Shown here: in pieces, positions 1 through 14,000 of the stretch | Numbering within the stretch: position 1 is the first letter of the stretch | Layout: each line of letters begins with the position of its first letter | From: Lingula anatina | Taxonomy: Eukaryota > Animalia > Brachiopoda | Direction of reading: 5' to 3' | Length of the DNA: 64,000 bases | Assembly (NCBI GenBank): GCA_051362555.1 | Contig: CM120640.1 | Coordinates: forward strand, 22,678,225-22,742,224 | Made by a program: the position numbers and the translations under genes | The notes under the pieces: generated by a model | Seen by the model: the letters and a program-made list of their open reading frames with translations, nothing else | Databases searched by the model: none | Told to the model about the DNA's origin: nothing

Positions 1-986
1 ATAGGGGGAATCAAGTAGGAAGTATATGGAAACAGACTGTTTGAGGTCGAAATTATAATGGTTCTTAGAGTGTATTGATATGATATTTTCCGCTGTAATT
101 AATTTTTAGTTTGAAAATCTTGTTCCACCTCCTCTTCAGTATTTTTAAAATTGAAATAAAATAGACACAGATACTTAATTTGCAAATCAAATGAAGAAAA
201 AGTTATGCTTTACACATGCACACTTGCACACAAACACTATTCTATGATAATGCATTTAAGTCAAATTCTGAATAAAAATTGCTTAATATTAATGGCTGAA
301 ATGTGAGTTAGAGCACCTGTGGCATCTTTTGGCCTTATATGCACTTTATGAAAAATTCACCTATTATCTGTGCAATTTAAATGTAGTAGTATATAATTTA
401 TACAACATTTCGTGAGTTGCTCAGAATAGGAGGATTTTATATCAGAACTTCCTGGTTGTGATATTGGTGCCTGCAATGGGAATCACCTTAGATAACCCAA
501 AGTATCGCAACTTTGAATAAGACCAAGCGAGATTTCATGGGATTTGAAGGAGAGTGACATGGGGTCAGAAATAGTGGAAACAAGTAAAAGTTGACAGAAA
601 TTATCTACAGATATTTATCTGGATTGTTTCTCATAAACCGTGCATATTTACACTGTTTATTACACAACAGTAAGAATTCACAATTTTGCATTGCTTTCTA
701 CGATGAAATATCTGGCTCCTATAGTTTCACGTAAAAGTTAAAATCACTTCATGTAGAGTTTCTTACTTTTTGTTTCTCATATGATGTTGTGCATTGCCAA
801 TGAGCTTTTTTAGTGTTTTCTTTTACAAAAAAAAAAAAAAAAGTAACATAAAATATTTGCTTAAGAGCATTACAATAGAAATGCTTTTTTAGGTGCAATT
901 TGGAATGTTGTATGCACACATTTGTGGGTTCCAAGGTTGACAGGAATAGTTTGTTTGTGTTTTCCATTTTTAAAATCTTAAGAAAT

Positions 987-990
<4 letters not shown>

Positions 991-1023
<33 letters not shown>
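991..1023. repeat. Poly-T tract
   Basis: Uninterrupted run of T. Confidence 0.9.
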
Positions 1024-1024
<1 letters not shown>

Positions 1025-4000
1025 GAATGTATCTTTTTTGTTTACTGTCTGTTTGTCTTTTATATGTTAGAAAAAGGGTTTTGCAATTTCTTAATGTTAT
1101 ATTTTGTCCATAGAAGTAAGAGCAAATAAAAGTATCATTTGAATTGATATATGTAACATTTCACCTGCTGCCACTATGTATTAATAATTTATTATTATTA
1201 TAATTCAGAACTGCTTAAATATTTTGCTGTTGCTATTGTTGTCATATCTAAAGTGTATATTCTTGCAGAAAATGGTAAGCAAATTATCTGAGATTCAATT
1301 ATCAGCAGCCCGAGTCTTAACATGCGCCAAATGCAATGTGCAGGAACAAGGAAGCAATAGTATAGTTCTGCCCAAAATAACTAGATCTGTTTTCAGTGGT
1401 ATGCAGGGCTTATATATGCTGTATCAGTAGATGTGCCTGTGAATAAAAAGGCAAGAGCAGTTTATTAGATTTGATGATTTAACTATTAATCAACATAAGT
1501 GAGAATAGTAAGTAACATAGATATGATGAAAATAAACAGTATCTGTCACATACACAAACATATAGACACATACACATTTCTAGAACCCTTGATTTGCATT
1601 AGGACCATAGATATGAAAATAAAAGTGAGAGACAGTAGGGTGTGTTACTAGTCACTGCATTTATTCTTGAGGATGTACATAATTTTATACATTTGGAGAT
1701 AGTTTGCCATACAATTGCACTATGGAGACTTTCACCTTGTGGAGAATTCTTTCTGGAATATAATTGCAAATTGATGTTTTTTGTCATGGACAGTACATAT
1801 ATTCTTAGCTGAGGAAGTAATAATCGTCTGTGTGTGTAGAACTGATACAAGTTTAATGGCATCATGCATGCCCATATGTGCCACAAGTTAATAATGCACA
1901 CAATGGCCATCAGTATATACATATTTATATATATATGGAGGATGTTGTTTTGTAAACATGGTTAAATGGTGACCAAGCAGCTAGGTTGACTTCATATGAT
2001 TTTCATGCAAACTAATAAATAAACAGCAATTTTCATTGTTACGAGGTTATTTATTAATTTATAATTATTTTTTGTAAAATAATTTTTCAGTATTTTTAAC
2101 ACTTTTTAAATTATGCTTTGTCTTTGAGTTTTGAGTTACTGAGTTTTCAGTAAAATCAGCTGTGATAATAGAACCTTGAAGCTGTCCTGTTAATTTAAAA
2201 TGCTGTAAAAGAACTAGCCTTATGTAAATAATATAAATACATGTATTGAGATGTAATGAGCTGTTGCAGAAAGTCACACTTGGGATACTTCTCAATACTT
2301 TTCATAAATACAAAATTCATGCAGGCACTTAAATTTGTTAGTTCTATGTTATTTATTTCTGATTAGAATTTACAACTAGTAGCTTTTTATAGAACTATGA
2401 CATTTGATAATCAATACATGTTCTTGAATAGGACAGGGAAGTTTACAACACTGTGGACAAGTGCATTATAAATGTAAGTTGAAGTGATGCAGAAAATTAA
2501 CCTTTTTACACTTCTGGCCAAAGTTCCTCGTTGTGTTTATGTAGATTTGTGCCGCAGATGTTGGTGTTTTGTTAAGTATAAACATTTTGGCTTAAAACAT
2601 TCATTGTTTATTTGTCATAAAATTTACTTTTATACGTATTCTTTATATATGGGTCTGTTAAACATTAAAAAAAAAATTATTTAAGTTAAGTGAGGGAAAG
2701 AATTGTTTGTCCAAGTGGAACTTAACTAACATCATCTAGCAACTTAAAGCAATAAAATTTATAATAACTAGATTTATCTGTTCTCACACAAAAAACAAAT
2801 GGAATTTCGTTACTAAAACAGCTGAAACCTGAAAACAAAAATTTCCCCATACTAGCAAGGCATGAATTTTTAAATATTTTATAATTTGCACAAAAAACTA
2901 GATTTATCACTTTCTGTCACCAGATATTTAGAAAAAGTAGAATTAATGAATATATCTTTAACTTCCTTTTTCAAATTTCTGTTTTCTTAATAATGGATCT
3001 ATATTGAGAAAGTCAGTGTTAATCCAACTTGTAGGAACATAAATTTTGATGTTGATTATATGGCTGATTTTAATAAAATTCAAATACTATAAAAACTACC
3101 AGTAATGCTGTTTAAGCTAGTCAAGTGTAAAAGTTTATTTTTTTCTTTCTCAGTTAAGTAATTTGATCATGTGTCGATCAGTTAAGTGGAAATTATTTAA
3201 TGACTGATTATTTAATTAGTCATGATCAGCTAGAACACATTTTGTTAATTGGATTTTATTATTAATTATTCATGAGAGCTATTTGGTTAATTCTTATAGT
3301 TGTTTAACTGTTATGTACTGTATATGAGTTTTAGATAAGGTAAAATGCAAATCACAAATTTTTGTGATATCCACAATAATTTTCTTATACTTACTGACTG
3401 TAATTCTATTAAGTTCCAGGTTCATAATTTTTCCAAGAAATACACTAGTACTAAGTACACTAAAAAAAGAAGAACACTTAAAATATATCTTCATCTGTCA
3501 ATGACTCTAATTTGGTGAATGTAATATGGATTCTTTGTATTTTCATTGTGTAAAATGCATTTTTGAGAGGGCTGAATTTCAGAATTTTAAAAGAATTTAG
3601 CTGTTGAAATATTGGGCCAGGTTGTTCACAAAGGAAATTAATAGAAAGAAAACTACAAAAATAATCTCTTTTGTAGTACAGTCATTAGATGGTTAATTGG
3701 TATTAGGTCATGTTGGAGGTTTACTATATCTGCAAGTAGTCTATAGGGTAATGTGTCATTTTAAGCAGGACTAAGAAATTAAAATGCAGATACTGAACGT
3801 TTCTTGGAACGCTAAACTCTTCCCTTTCATTTTAATCCTTTTGGGTATCCTATCTGGCATTTTTCTGCTAAATCAAATTTTCATTGGAAAAAAGTAATTT
3901 TCTCCTACTCATGAGTCATTTCTTTACTGGAAACCATTTTAAATTAAGTGAATTAATGCTTTATGTTTCTCGAAATATTTGGATTGCTATATCTTCTTGT

Positions 4001-4813
4001 CATTTTAGAAGAAAATATCAACATCAAGTACATATATTTTAGAATTTTTATAAACTGAATTGTGAAAAAATAAGTTGCTTTGCAGGATGTGTAAAGATTT
4101 AAGTTTGACTTTGGGACAATTTCAAATGAGGATAGTATTCATTTAAAAGGCAGTTGCAAACTCCAGCTTTGTGCACAGTACATATATAGTGACAAGTACG
4201 TACTATGCCACCAGCTGGTGGATCTAGAACTGGTGCATTTTGCACGTCTGTGTGCCTGTCCTTATCAGAATCTGTTTCTTGTGGTCGCATAAACTCTGAA
4301 AATGTAAGATACTTAATATTCTACTTCTGTTTCTTATTTAATATCCTGCCATGGAGTTTTTTAGTATGGTTTTTTAGTGATTCTAGGACAATCCCCCCCC
4401 CCCCCCCCCCATAACACACTCCTAGATCCCAGGAAAGAAAATACACTGCAAATGAATTGTTTTTTTGATGTATTAACATATTTCTTTAATATTTTACTGA
4501 ACATAAGAAAGAGGACTGGAAAAAAGAATTTAAAACAAAAAGATTTGCTTTTAATTATAAGATTCAGGAAACAAACCTGAGAGGTAACCTTAAATTATTA
4601 GATGCTATATGTGCAAATTTTGCATGTCATTTTTTAATCAAACAAATACTACCATTTTATCAGTTTTTAAAAGCAAACAATTGTTACTTAATCTACATTT
4701 CATTTGATGTCAATGAGCACTCTGAATTACAGGTTAGATAAATGGAAATAATGAAACCAGATAAAAAAAACAAGGCACTGATTTGCAAGTCAGGGGTAGT
4801 GGTGTAACAATTA

Positions 4814-5006
4814 AAACTGACAGTAAGTTCATCAGAGGGATACCTGGATGAGTGAGATTATCTGTTTATCCAGCCTCTACCTTTAAACATTGCTTAAAGG
4901 CAGACACCTTGATAAAGGGGGGGGGGGGGAAACAAATGAAAGTGTCAGTTACTTCAGCAAGGGACACCTGGATGAGTGAGATTATTTGTTTACCTCACCT
5001 CTACCT
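4814..5006. repeat. Degenerate local direct duplication (~65-bp unit, ~125-bp period)
   Basis: 'cctggatgagtgagatta(t)...tgttta...cctctacct' occurs at ~4842 and ~4967, separated by a spacer containing a G run. Confidence 0.75.
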
Positions 5007-5549
5007 GGAGATGCATTTTGATTAAAGACAGGTTTAATTTTTCTCAATATCACATTGTTCATTATCAGTAAGATATCCATTGCTAGTGGGTGGTGTGGGG
5101 GCAGCTGAGGGGAGTTGTCCAGGAGGTATTTTCATATGTTATGTGCTATGTGTATACTTTTTAAAAATATAACACCAATATATGCCAACAGTCTGTCTTA
5201 TTTTTGGTGTTGAGAATGAAATTGCTGATAAATAAATTGTAACAGACAACAAAATCGAATTGGCAGTACTGTACCAGAAATTAATTAGTTTATATTTTTG
5301 CCTCTAGTTCTTTTTATTCATATAAATTCCGGTGTAATGTCCAGTGTCATTCAGTTACTTGATTAAAACTGTTACTTTTTGTTTCTGTGAAAACTAGTAT
5401 TGACATCCCATAATCACCTGTATGTATATGCATACTGCATATATATATATATATTTATAATCTGCAGAAGCGACTAAAGAATAATTTGCTAGTTTTGATG
5501 ATTATGCAAAAATGTTATGGCATAAACGGGAGTCGTCTTATTCTAGCTG

Positions 5550-5556
<7 letters not shown>

Positions 5557-5590
<34 letters not shown>
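5557..5590. repeat. (TG)n microsatellite
   Basis: Direct reading. Confidence 0.95.
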
Positions 5591-5595
<5 letters not shown>

Positions 5596-6344
5596 TTTGA
5601 GTTTCCAAGAAGGGCTAAATTTAAAGAAACATTTGAATGCATTTCTATTGAAGCTTGCCTTCCAGGAATTGAAATGTTAGGGAAAATGGAGCCCAGATAA
5701 ATCTTTCATTTTGATAACTTGCTAATATCAAATGAAATAACCACGGATTTTTTTTTTTCATATAATTAAAGGCAGTTATTCCATTCAAGTCCTCTTCCTC
5801 AGAAAATACAATCAGCTGTTTCTCAAGCTGATTAAGACTGAAACTGTTGTATTACATGTTCAAACCAATATTGACCCTTTGCAGGCAGTGTAAACATAAT
5901 GTGGGTACCATGTACTGGTTTTAGAGACTGCTTGTTGTAAATAAAATTATTTGTGTATGCAGAGGTCTCAACACCTGACATATGATCTGCCACAGTTCAG
6001 AGGCCAAATAAAAAAAATTCCCACACAAGTATAGGTGGTGTTTCCTGTTAAATCACAATTTTCTGAATCAGCCTGCTTGAGTTATATTTTGCCCACATGT
6101 ATTCTCACACACATACTAGTACTAGTCGTGAGGCCATAAGGTGTCAGCATTTGAGTTGATGTAACAGTAATCATAGTACTACCGTACATATAAAACAAAC
6201 TTTTTCTTTAAAGTAGTTTTGGGTGATCAAGACAAAGTGTAAGTATAATCTTTGAAAGATAGCTACAAAAACCAATTTGCAATTTAGATATGTGTATCTA
6301 AGATTTGACTCAAACAAACTAAAAATTGATGCCATCATATGTTA

Positions 6345-6848
6345 GGGTACATTCAAAATGAATATATCGTTTTAACTAGTGTGCACTAATTCCACGTGTA
6401 CTCTTGCTAAATGCAATCAGATGAACAGATTAATAAGCTTCCTGGTTTTGAGTAGAAAAGCTGGTGAATTTACGGGTGTGTTGGAAACTATTAAGATGAG
6501 ACTTAATAATTTGTTATTTTGATTGCATTTAGTGAGGGTCCCTGGGGAGTTACTGCACACAAGGGGACCATTTCCACAGATATTTGGATCAATCTATCTC
6601 CCTAGGGAGTCTCGTTAAAATTGCTGTCAAACTAACTGGCTTAGAAGTCTGCCACCTTTAGTAAAACTGTTATTAGGGGGTAATTATCTTTACCCCTAGC
6701 TGATTTGGTAGGCGTGACAGACATTTAAGCCTCTTGAGCTGATAGCAATTTAGCGTGAACCCCCAGGGAGTTAGGTCGATCCAGATGGATCGATCTAAGT
6801 ATGGGAACTCAGTCTAGCTAGTACAATAGATTTATTGTGAACACACCC
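6345..6848. mobile_element. Degenerate PIF/Harbinger-type MITE (family with several copies in window)
   Basis: tta|gggtacattcaaaatgaat ... atttattgtgaacacaccc|tta: imperfect TIR and TTA duplication. Internal hairpin segments resemble 18247-18485, ~25670-25803 and ~58043-58234. Confidence 0.6.
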
Positions 6849-7128
6849 TTAGACGGAAGACATTCCAGTTGTCTCCAACCCATGGAGTGGGTTCCAACAC
6901 CTCTGAAGAATAAAATGGGAATAAACTGAGTTGTTTTTAATGGTTTTCTTGTTTATGTCCCAAGGTAATGCAGTAGCAAAATGTTGTGAATGCATCGGCC
7001 TTCTTGAATATTGCTTCTTTTAGGAGCCATGGTTTACTTCTGTAAAGAAAAACAGAAGCTTTGAACAGTTTGAGCTAAATGGTCATAGGTGTTTGAGATA
7101 TCCACAGCTTCTCTAATTGTCAAGGTCC

Positions 7129-7442
7129 AGACCTACCCAACTACCAGACTCGGCACAGAATGATCCTGAATTTACGAGTAGTTTGGACCACAATACCTGT
7201 TTTCAAGGTGTGTCAGTATGTGCTTCGAAGTATCAGGCGCAACACCGCTCTTGCATAGTACGCGATGTGATAGAGATGATTCTCAGCAAGGTTGGAAAGT
7301 AGTGTATCTCATCTCAAAATTTGTTCCGGGGTATGATACTGTGAAATGCGTATAGACGCACACCTTGAAAACAGGTAGTGTGGTCCGATCTACCAGTGAA
7401 TTTGGGATCATTCGGTACCGAGTCTGGTAGTTGGGTAGGCCT
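7129..7442. mobile_element. Foldback MITE (long imperfect inverted repeat)
   Basis: agacctacccaactaccagactcgg...tacctgttttcaaggtgtg pairs with cacaccttgaaaacaggta...ccgagtctggtagttgggtaggcct. 'aggtcc' flanks both ends (possible TSD remnant). Superfamily not assigned. Confidence 0.8.
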
Positions 7443-8051
7443 TAGGTCCAATGTTAGTACCTCGTGGCTTTCCACCCAGATTGTCTTAAATCTTTTAATG
7501 ACTTAACACTTGATTATGTCATAAATCTCTATTCAATCAGTACACCTGAAATTTCCAGAACTGTGTCTACTCAAAGGAGGTCTAGCTATTTGATCAAGCC
7601 CATATGTGCAGAACTTGTATTTAAGATAGACAGAATATTGAATATTGGAGACCTTGAAGAGAGTGGACTTAAAAGAGAGAGAGAGAGAGATAAAGGTCCG
7701 AGAGAACTTCAGTCTCCTGTTGTCATATTCCCTCTCCCATGTCCCAGAACCTTGGTAGGGAGTAACACCAATCCCTAGATAATGTTTGGAAATATTCCGT
7801 GCTTTAGCCTTCTTCTTATCAAAGTCACGGTCAGCTGTGACAATGGACCAAGGTTGCACAATTGTGAAGAACAAAAATTGCTTGAATATGACACCTTTAA
7901 AGTTGGTAATACGGTAATCTGTAATGAAATTGTAACATCTGCCTGGCATTCATGATTTTAATGTCTTTTTTCTTTGCTCATGCACCAGGTGTATCATAAA
8001 TCCAATGTTAGCGAGTGCAGAACAGGGGAGTCTTCTGGGGAGAGAGCCCAA

Positions 8052-11000
8052 ATGATGGAGAAAGGAGAGCCTCAACCAAGAACCCCTCAAGGAGAACTTG
8101 CAGAGGAACCATTGGAAGGATATGACTTTGACTTCTGCCCACCACTAGATTCCAAGTATGAATGCCCCATCTGCCTCATGTGTCTGAGGGACCCTTATCA
8201 AACCTACTGTGGACATCGCTTCTGTAAATATTGTATATTTAAATGGCTCAGGTTAGTTATCCTGTTACTTTTATTAATAAGTCAAATTAACTGTAACAAG
8301 ATTATTTTTACTCAAGCTGAACTGTACAGCCACTATAGAACTGGAGAAATGCTTAAAAGTTCACTTATTATCACCATAAATTTTTAACACAGTATAACAC
8401 CCTGTTACAGTAAACCATACTTCTAATGACAACACTAATCTGTGTCTATTTTCTCATTGAAAGTCTTCAAGTTAAAATGTCTATGGTACATATTTTATGG
8501 ACAGGCACTGTGTGTCTGGACATCTAGCCATCATCACCAGCTGTCCTTGCTATGGACTTAATTCCTATACTTGTTGACACAATAAGGCAATAACGACTTG
8601 GGTGGAGCTTAGACTTAGGCCCGTTGTCTATTGGTTTATTGGGAAGCCCTGGGTTAAGGTCGGTGATAGGGTTAAATACGCTTAAAATCGTGTTTTTGAG
8701 TTTTTTGTGTGTTTATATTAATAAAAAAAGTATCTAACGTTGGATGTAATAATTTTTATGAATTTGCATCGCAAAATGCGTCTTTTGATGAGTTTTTCAA
8801 CCGGCACGCGCCCCAGTCAGGCTGACAACTAAGCCACGCCTCTGTTTCTAAGGGCCGTTGCCATGAGGGGGTCGGAGCACAGTTAATGAGTTATAAGCCG
8901 ATTACGTGTGCGGTAATAGGTCATAAGTCTTACATCAGCTTAGCAGCGAAGAAGTCTAGCTAGTACACTATGGGGAAGAGAAAAGTTCGTGTTAAAAGTC
9001 CCTTTCCAGAGGAAAGAAGGAAAATTTTGAGAGTAAGGCCTATGCGTGGCGGTTGGGGAAAACCGGCCCTATTTGTTCAGTCGGATGACTGATTTCTGTA
9101 TACCTAATAAATGGGTGAAAGAGTTAATCGAAACGTCTAAATTAATTGACAAATGAAAGAAAAATCGATAAAAACATAAATAAAAAAAGCTAAAAAAGGA
9201 TACTTTTAGCCTAGCCTTTAATTTTTGCGATATATATCGTCGAGCGTATCTGCGACACGTTACGAAACCGGAAATGATTGTTGGTCGCCGTTTGCAAAAG
9301 GTAAATCTAATGTTGACAAAATAAAATTTTATTCTCCAAGATATGATATCATGGAGCTTGAGAGACACGCGAAAAATTGTGATTTGAATGGCCAAACAAG
9401 AGAAATCCAAGCAAAGGTTGACAGCATGATTAAAACAATAAAAATAAAAACGCATGTTAGCGGCTTTGCATTTTGCGATATTTGGAGAAAAACAATTTCA
9501 AAATCACTGATCAAGCGGGAAGAAAGAGTTCAAGTGTCCAAAAATGAAAATCACAAAAAGACCCCGAGAATAGTCAAGGCTAGCAGGTAAAAAGCAAATA
9601 GGGTGTAAGTGTCATGTGTGTAAAAATAAAATATTTATTCAAAAGCCTTCTCTCAGCCACTTTTACCGCTGAATCTTGTGCAGCTGAGCGTCTCCCCTTT
9701 ATCTTAGCTGGCATTTTGAGCGAGACCGCTCTGAAGTAATCACTGGATTTTTCCGTTGATCTGACGACTACCAAGTGCCGTGCAAAATAATCCTGCAGCG
9801 TTACCCGTCAAAAAACTCGTATCAACACAAGTGACGGACACTTGCTCTCGACACAGTTTTATCTGATCACTTTGTCGATAACAAAGAAGGAATCTCTCAG
9901 GTAAAATTACTCGATTGCCGAGGAAGAGCCATTGAAACGTTCAAATGCAACTTCACACCTCTTAATTGCGGTTAACGGCCATTCTCAATAACTAGGTCCA
10001 ATTAGGGTTTTTAAAAAGTGAAAATTGAATTTATCATTTTGATGTTGTTTTATGCTCTAAAGTGACCCTGTATTATTCAGTAAATTTGCCCAAAAATTCT
10101 GTATGCAACACTTTCACCGATCCTGAGATACGTGTGCCGTAACAAAGGGGTATATAGACTCAAACTGGGCACAAAAAACCTCCGTGATCACAGAAGTACA
10201 CGTAGTTTGAGGCGTCGTATGAACTAATGCAGCAAGCTAGGCTTTTTCAAAACGATACAGTTTAAAATAGTTATGTTGCACAAATTATGCACAGTAGAAA
10301 TAAAAGATACAGGGCAGAAAATGCACACCAGAGCCTTTGTCTAAAAATGTTGTGCGATCAGAGAAAATGAAAAAAACTTTTTCAAAATTCACACATGAGT
10401 CTGTCCTTTTTCCCACAGTAAATCTAAGACACCCGTAAGGCTTGGTTTTCGTGTTAAATAAAACCTATGTGCCTTCTTTCAGAAAAGACGTGTTCCCTGG
10501 TAAGTACTCTCTACCCTTTAATATATAGTCCGGGTACAAATGAAACACACATTTCGTAACGAAGATTTAATGTTTTTAACACTGACATGACATTCCACAT
10601 TTTGGTATTTAAGATGTATAAAACTGAAACTAAGTTAAAGAAATATCACTTTAAAGACATGCATCACTAACATCTTGCTGTGATATCACTCTGTACTATA
10701 TATAACAAAACACTGCATCTAATTTCGGACGATTTGTGTGTACATTAAGCAAATAATTTAATTAAGGAAAAACAAGTTACAAAAAGCAAAAATCTGCCAT
10801 TTGTTTCATTGTTTTACAGACAAAATACTTCATTTTAAAACAAATAGTAAAGCTCCCAGGTTTGAAGTTTCCACCTTGGAAGAGATAAGTCGGGTAAACG
10901 TAAATGCATAATACATAACGAAGGTTTAAATATATTCCACAGTTTGCATTTATATTAAAGACTAAAATTAAGCTTTAAGATCACTTTAAAGATTCGCATA

Positions 11001-14000
11001 ACATAGGCTACATCTTGCTGTGATTTACAAACAAACAGTAGAAAGTCTCTATTTGATATTTTCCGCCTTGGATTATAGGGTAAATGACATTTTGTAACGA
11101 AAGTTTTATAATCCTGTAAAATTATTTAATTAACTTCTGAAAGTGAGTCTGAGAGTAACATACTTGTAACTACAAGTAAATATCTGTTCATCAACATGTT
11201 CAAACATTAACAATAAAAATAAACTTCTTTTAAAACATATTCAGTATGCGTTCTCTGTCCTTTTCCGACAGTTTAAACATGCGTTGTGATTTTCCACAAG
11301 CCTCTGGCGTACTGATCACGGTTAAAATGGCGTCGTGTTTTAGCCAGATTTTATCTTCTCTAGAAGGCCATTGTAGCAACTGCTTGCGTTTCTCCATAAA
11401 ACACACCTCCACCTCTTCATCCTCCTCATCCGTATCAGAGATCTTTCCAATATACCACTCCCCATCATAAATTGCTGCGACGTACTGCCCGACAGTCAGG
11501 ACAGCGGCATCTCTCTCGGGTGTCTCATCAGCATCCAGACCTGAGGTTTGATCGCTGTCATCGTAGGTGGTGACTTGCAACACCTGGTTTTGCCAGGTAG
11601 TGCAAGTTATTCCAGACAAACAGATGTCGCAGTAGCAACTGACATTGCGAACCTTGACCTGCGATGCCCCCAAACCCACAACGGCATGTACTTTCATAGT
11701 TCCCTTTAGTGGCTTGATTACTCTCTTTTCCTGCTCTTTTTGTTTTTTCTCACACTTTGCTGCAGACACAAACAGAAAAGAGACGTTTGTCATGCTCGAC
11801 TGGACAGCCCATGTGAAAAAAGAATTTGCGTCTTGTATCACGGCCTTGCCTGCTCTCATTGCTTGGTCAGCGAGACGCTTACAGGAACCGCCCAGGCCAT
11901 CGCACGGCCCCTTCCCATGGCCGGCTTCAAAGTAGTTCCACCTGGCCTTAACTTGGTACATGGATTCATGGTTAGCTACAAAATCGAACATGTGCTTGTT
12001 TCTGTACTGACTTGTAGGAGAATCACTCCAGTAATGTATAGTCCTTAAATCTGGAACAATCTCTTTCAAGAGCGGAACTATCTCATCCACGAAAGCGATG
12101 ACAGTGGACGATGCATGTGTCATTTCATCTGAAACAACGATGAAGCTTTTGTGGAGTAACTCGCCTGAGACGCGATAATAGGCAACTACGGGATGTAGGG
12201 TGACGGTTGTCTGATTAAAGTACGCACTCTGTACCTCTTCCATAGACCTACAGCTGTAATTTTCTGCAAAATCGAGTTGAACAATCATCTCGTTAGCGGG
12301 AAGATTTTCTTTCAGTTTCTTGATTTGTTCATATTGTGTACCCACACGGAAGACATGTTCTTTGAAATCCTTCATCTGACCTTCAAAGTGGCTTGCAATT
12401 TGTTTCCTATCGAGCGTGGATTCAATCATTTTCGTGACATATTTCTTTCTTCCCTTTTCCTCTATCTCCACTCGTTTCCACTGCGTAATCACAGTCGAGT
12501 CACCAACAGCCTCTTCAATTTGATTTACATCGGGCATATTCTTGATGACAGATTCTGGATTTGCTGGTATGTCAATCCCTGCACGCTTTAAGGCTTTGAC
12601 AGTTAAAGCTGCATTTTGGTGTTTGGTGCATAAGCAGGAGCTGCGACCTGCATACGCAGCTGTCAGTATGTATTTTGGACGGCATCGACAGAATGATGCA
12701 AGTGACAATTTTATTGTAGGATTTTCCGACAAAAATTTTTTGTGCAAATTCCTTGTGTAATCAGTTAAAACAAAAGTTTGTGACAATCCATCTTTTACCT
12801 TCTTGGCATCCCTTTTGCCTGGTTGTTGTCGGCTGTTATCCTCTCTTTTGAGGAACTCTTCCACTTGCCTTTTATATCGTCGGCAGGCATTAAATCGTTG
12901 TGCTCTTCTCAGTTGGTGCATTTTGCTGTCCGTTGTAGTCAATCTATGTCGGCATAGACCTGTGGAAGCAGCCAGCAAGCTCCCCAACCTGTACTTCTTG
13001 ACGATGCGACCAGAAATAACCCTGTGTATGGCTTTCACGTTTCCTTTTTGGGTTCCCTCTTTGGTCGCCCTTATTTCTCTCATCATAGTGTTCGCCAACA
13101 GCAGAGGTTTTTTTATTACCTCCTTTTGGCTGGATGATAGCTGTGCCTTGTCCATGAGATTTTCAGTTTGCTTTCTGGGTGTCAGTTCACCACACTGTAT
13201 CTTCTTCTTTTTCATTCTTTGTAGTGACCTCTGAGCTGTCTTACACCTCTTTTTAAGTATTAACTTTTCTTCCTCCAACGTTTTCATTCTCGCTTTTACT
13301 TCTGATAGCTCTCGTTTCCATCTTTGAACTGCGCCCTTCCCGCACGAAACGAAGTAGCTACTCCAGCGCAGTAGACTACTGCAATCATACTGCATACATG
13401 CTTCAAATCTGCTTCGATGTGGGAGCTAATTAGCATATTTGAAACATGCTTCTATCATGCTGCTAATCTACTGTATTAATGCTCCTCCTCTGTACAACCC
13501 TATGTAATTTTTGAAGTAGAATTGCAGTAGGGTATACTGCATTTCTACTGCAAATATGCTCCACACCACTACTGCGTTAATGCTTCTTTGCTACTGCGAT
13601 ACTACTGCATTTTCGTGCGGGTTGCGCCTGTTTCCGAAATTCATTTTAATTAGAAGAGGGCGGTCTCTTTCGCTTTCATATCCACTTGTTTCATCAGTGT
13701 CATTGTGCGCCCTTTCTTCGCGTTTTCTAGCGTAGAATAGACGCAACTTTTCACGGTTTTTCGCATTCCGTTTTTGCCTTTCATCATTTGAAAGTGCAGA
13801 GGATGGAATGTAATTCCGTCTAACTCTTTCATGTTCTTTTCTTAGATATTCTTCTGCATTCCTTTCCTTAAGTCTCTGTCTATAAGCTTTTTGTATTTCT
13901 GCTCTACTCTTTACCATATCTGTATCTTATTGTGACCCTGAAATTATTAGAAACCTTCGTTACCAACATGAAACTTTCGTTACCTTTGATTAGTCTTTTT

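Noticed and set aside
478-487. NF-kB-like site GGGAATCACC upstream of TRAF6
   Set aside because: Single imperfect 10-mer with unknown distance to the promoter; expected by chance.
749-7949. Short ORFs (60-138 aa) in the first 8 kb
   Set aside because: Low-complexity AT-rich translations, often through homopolymers or microsatellites; no domains and no consistent exon chain.
11246-13234. Several + strand ORFs (72-143 aa) overlapping the transposase
   Set aside because: Antisense shadows of the long minus-strand coding sequence with no recognisable motifs.
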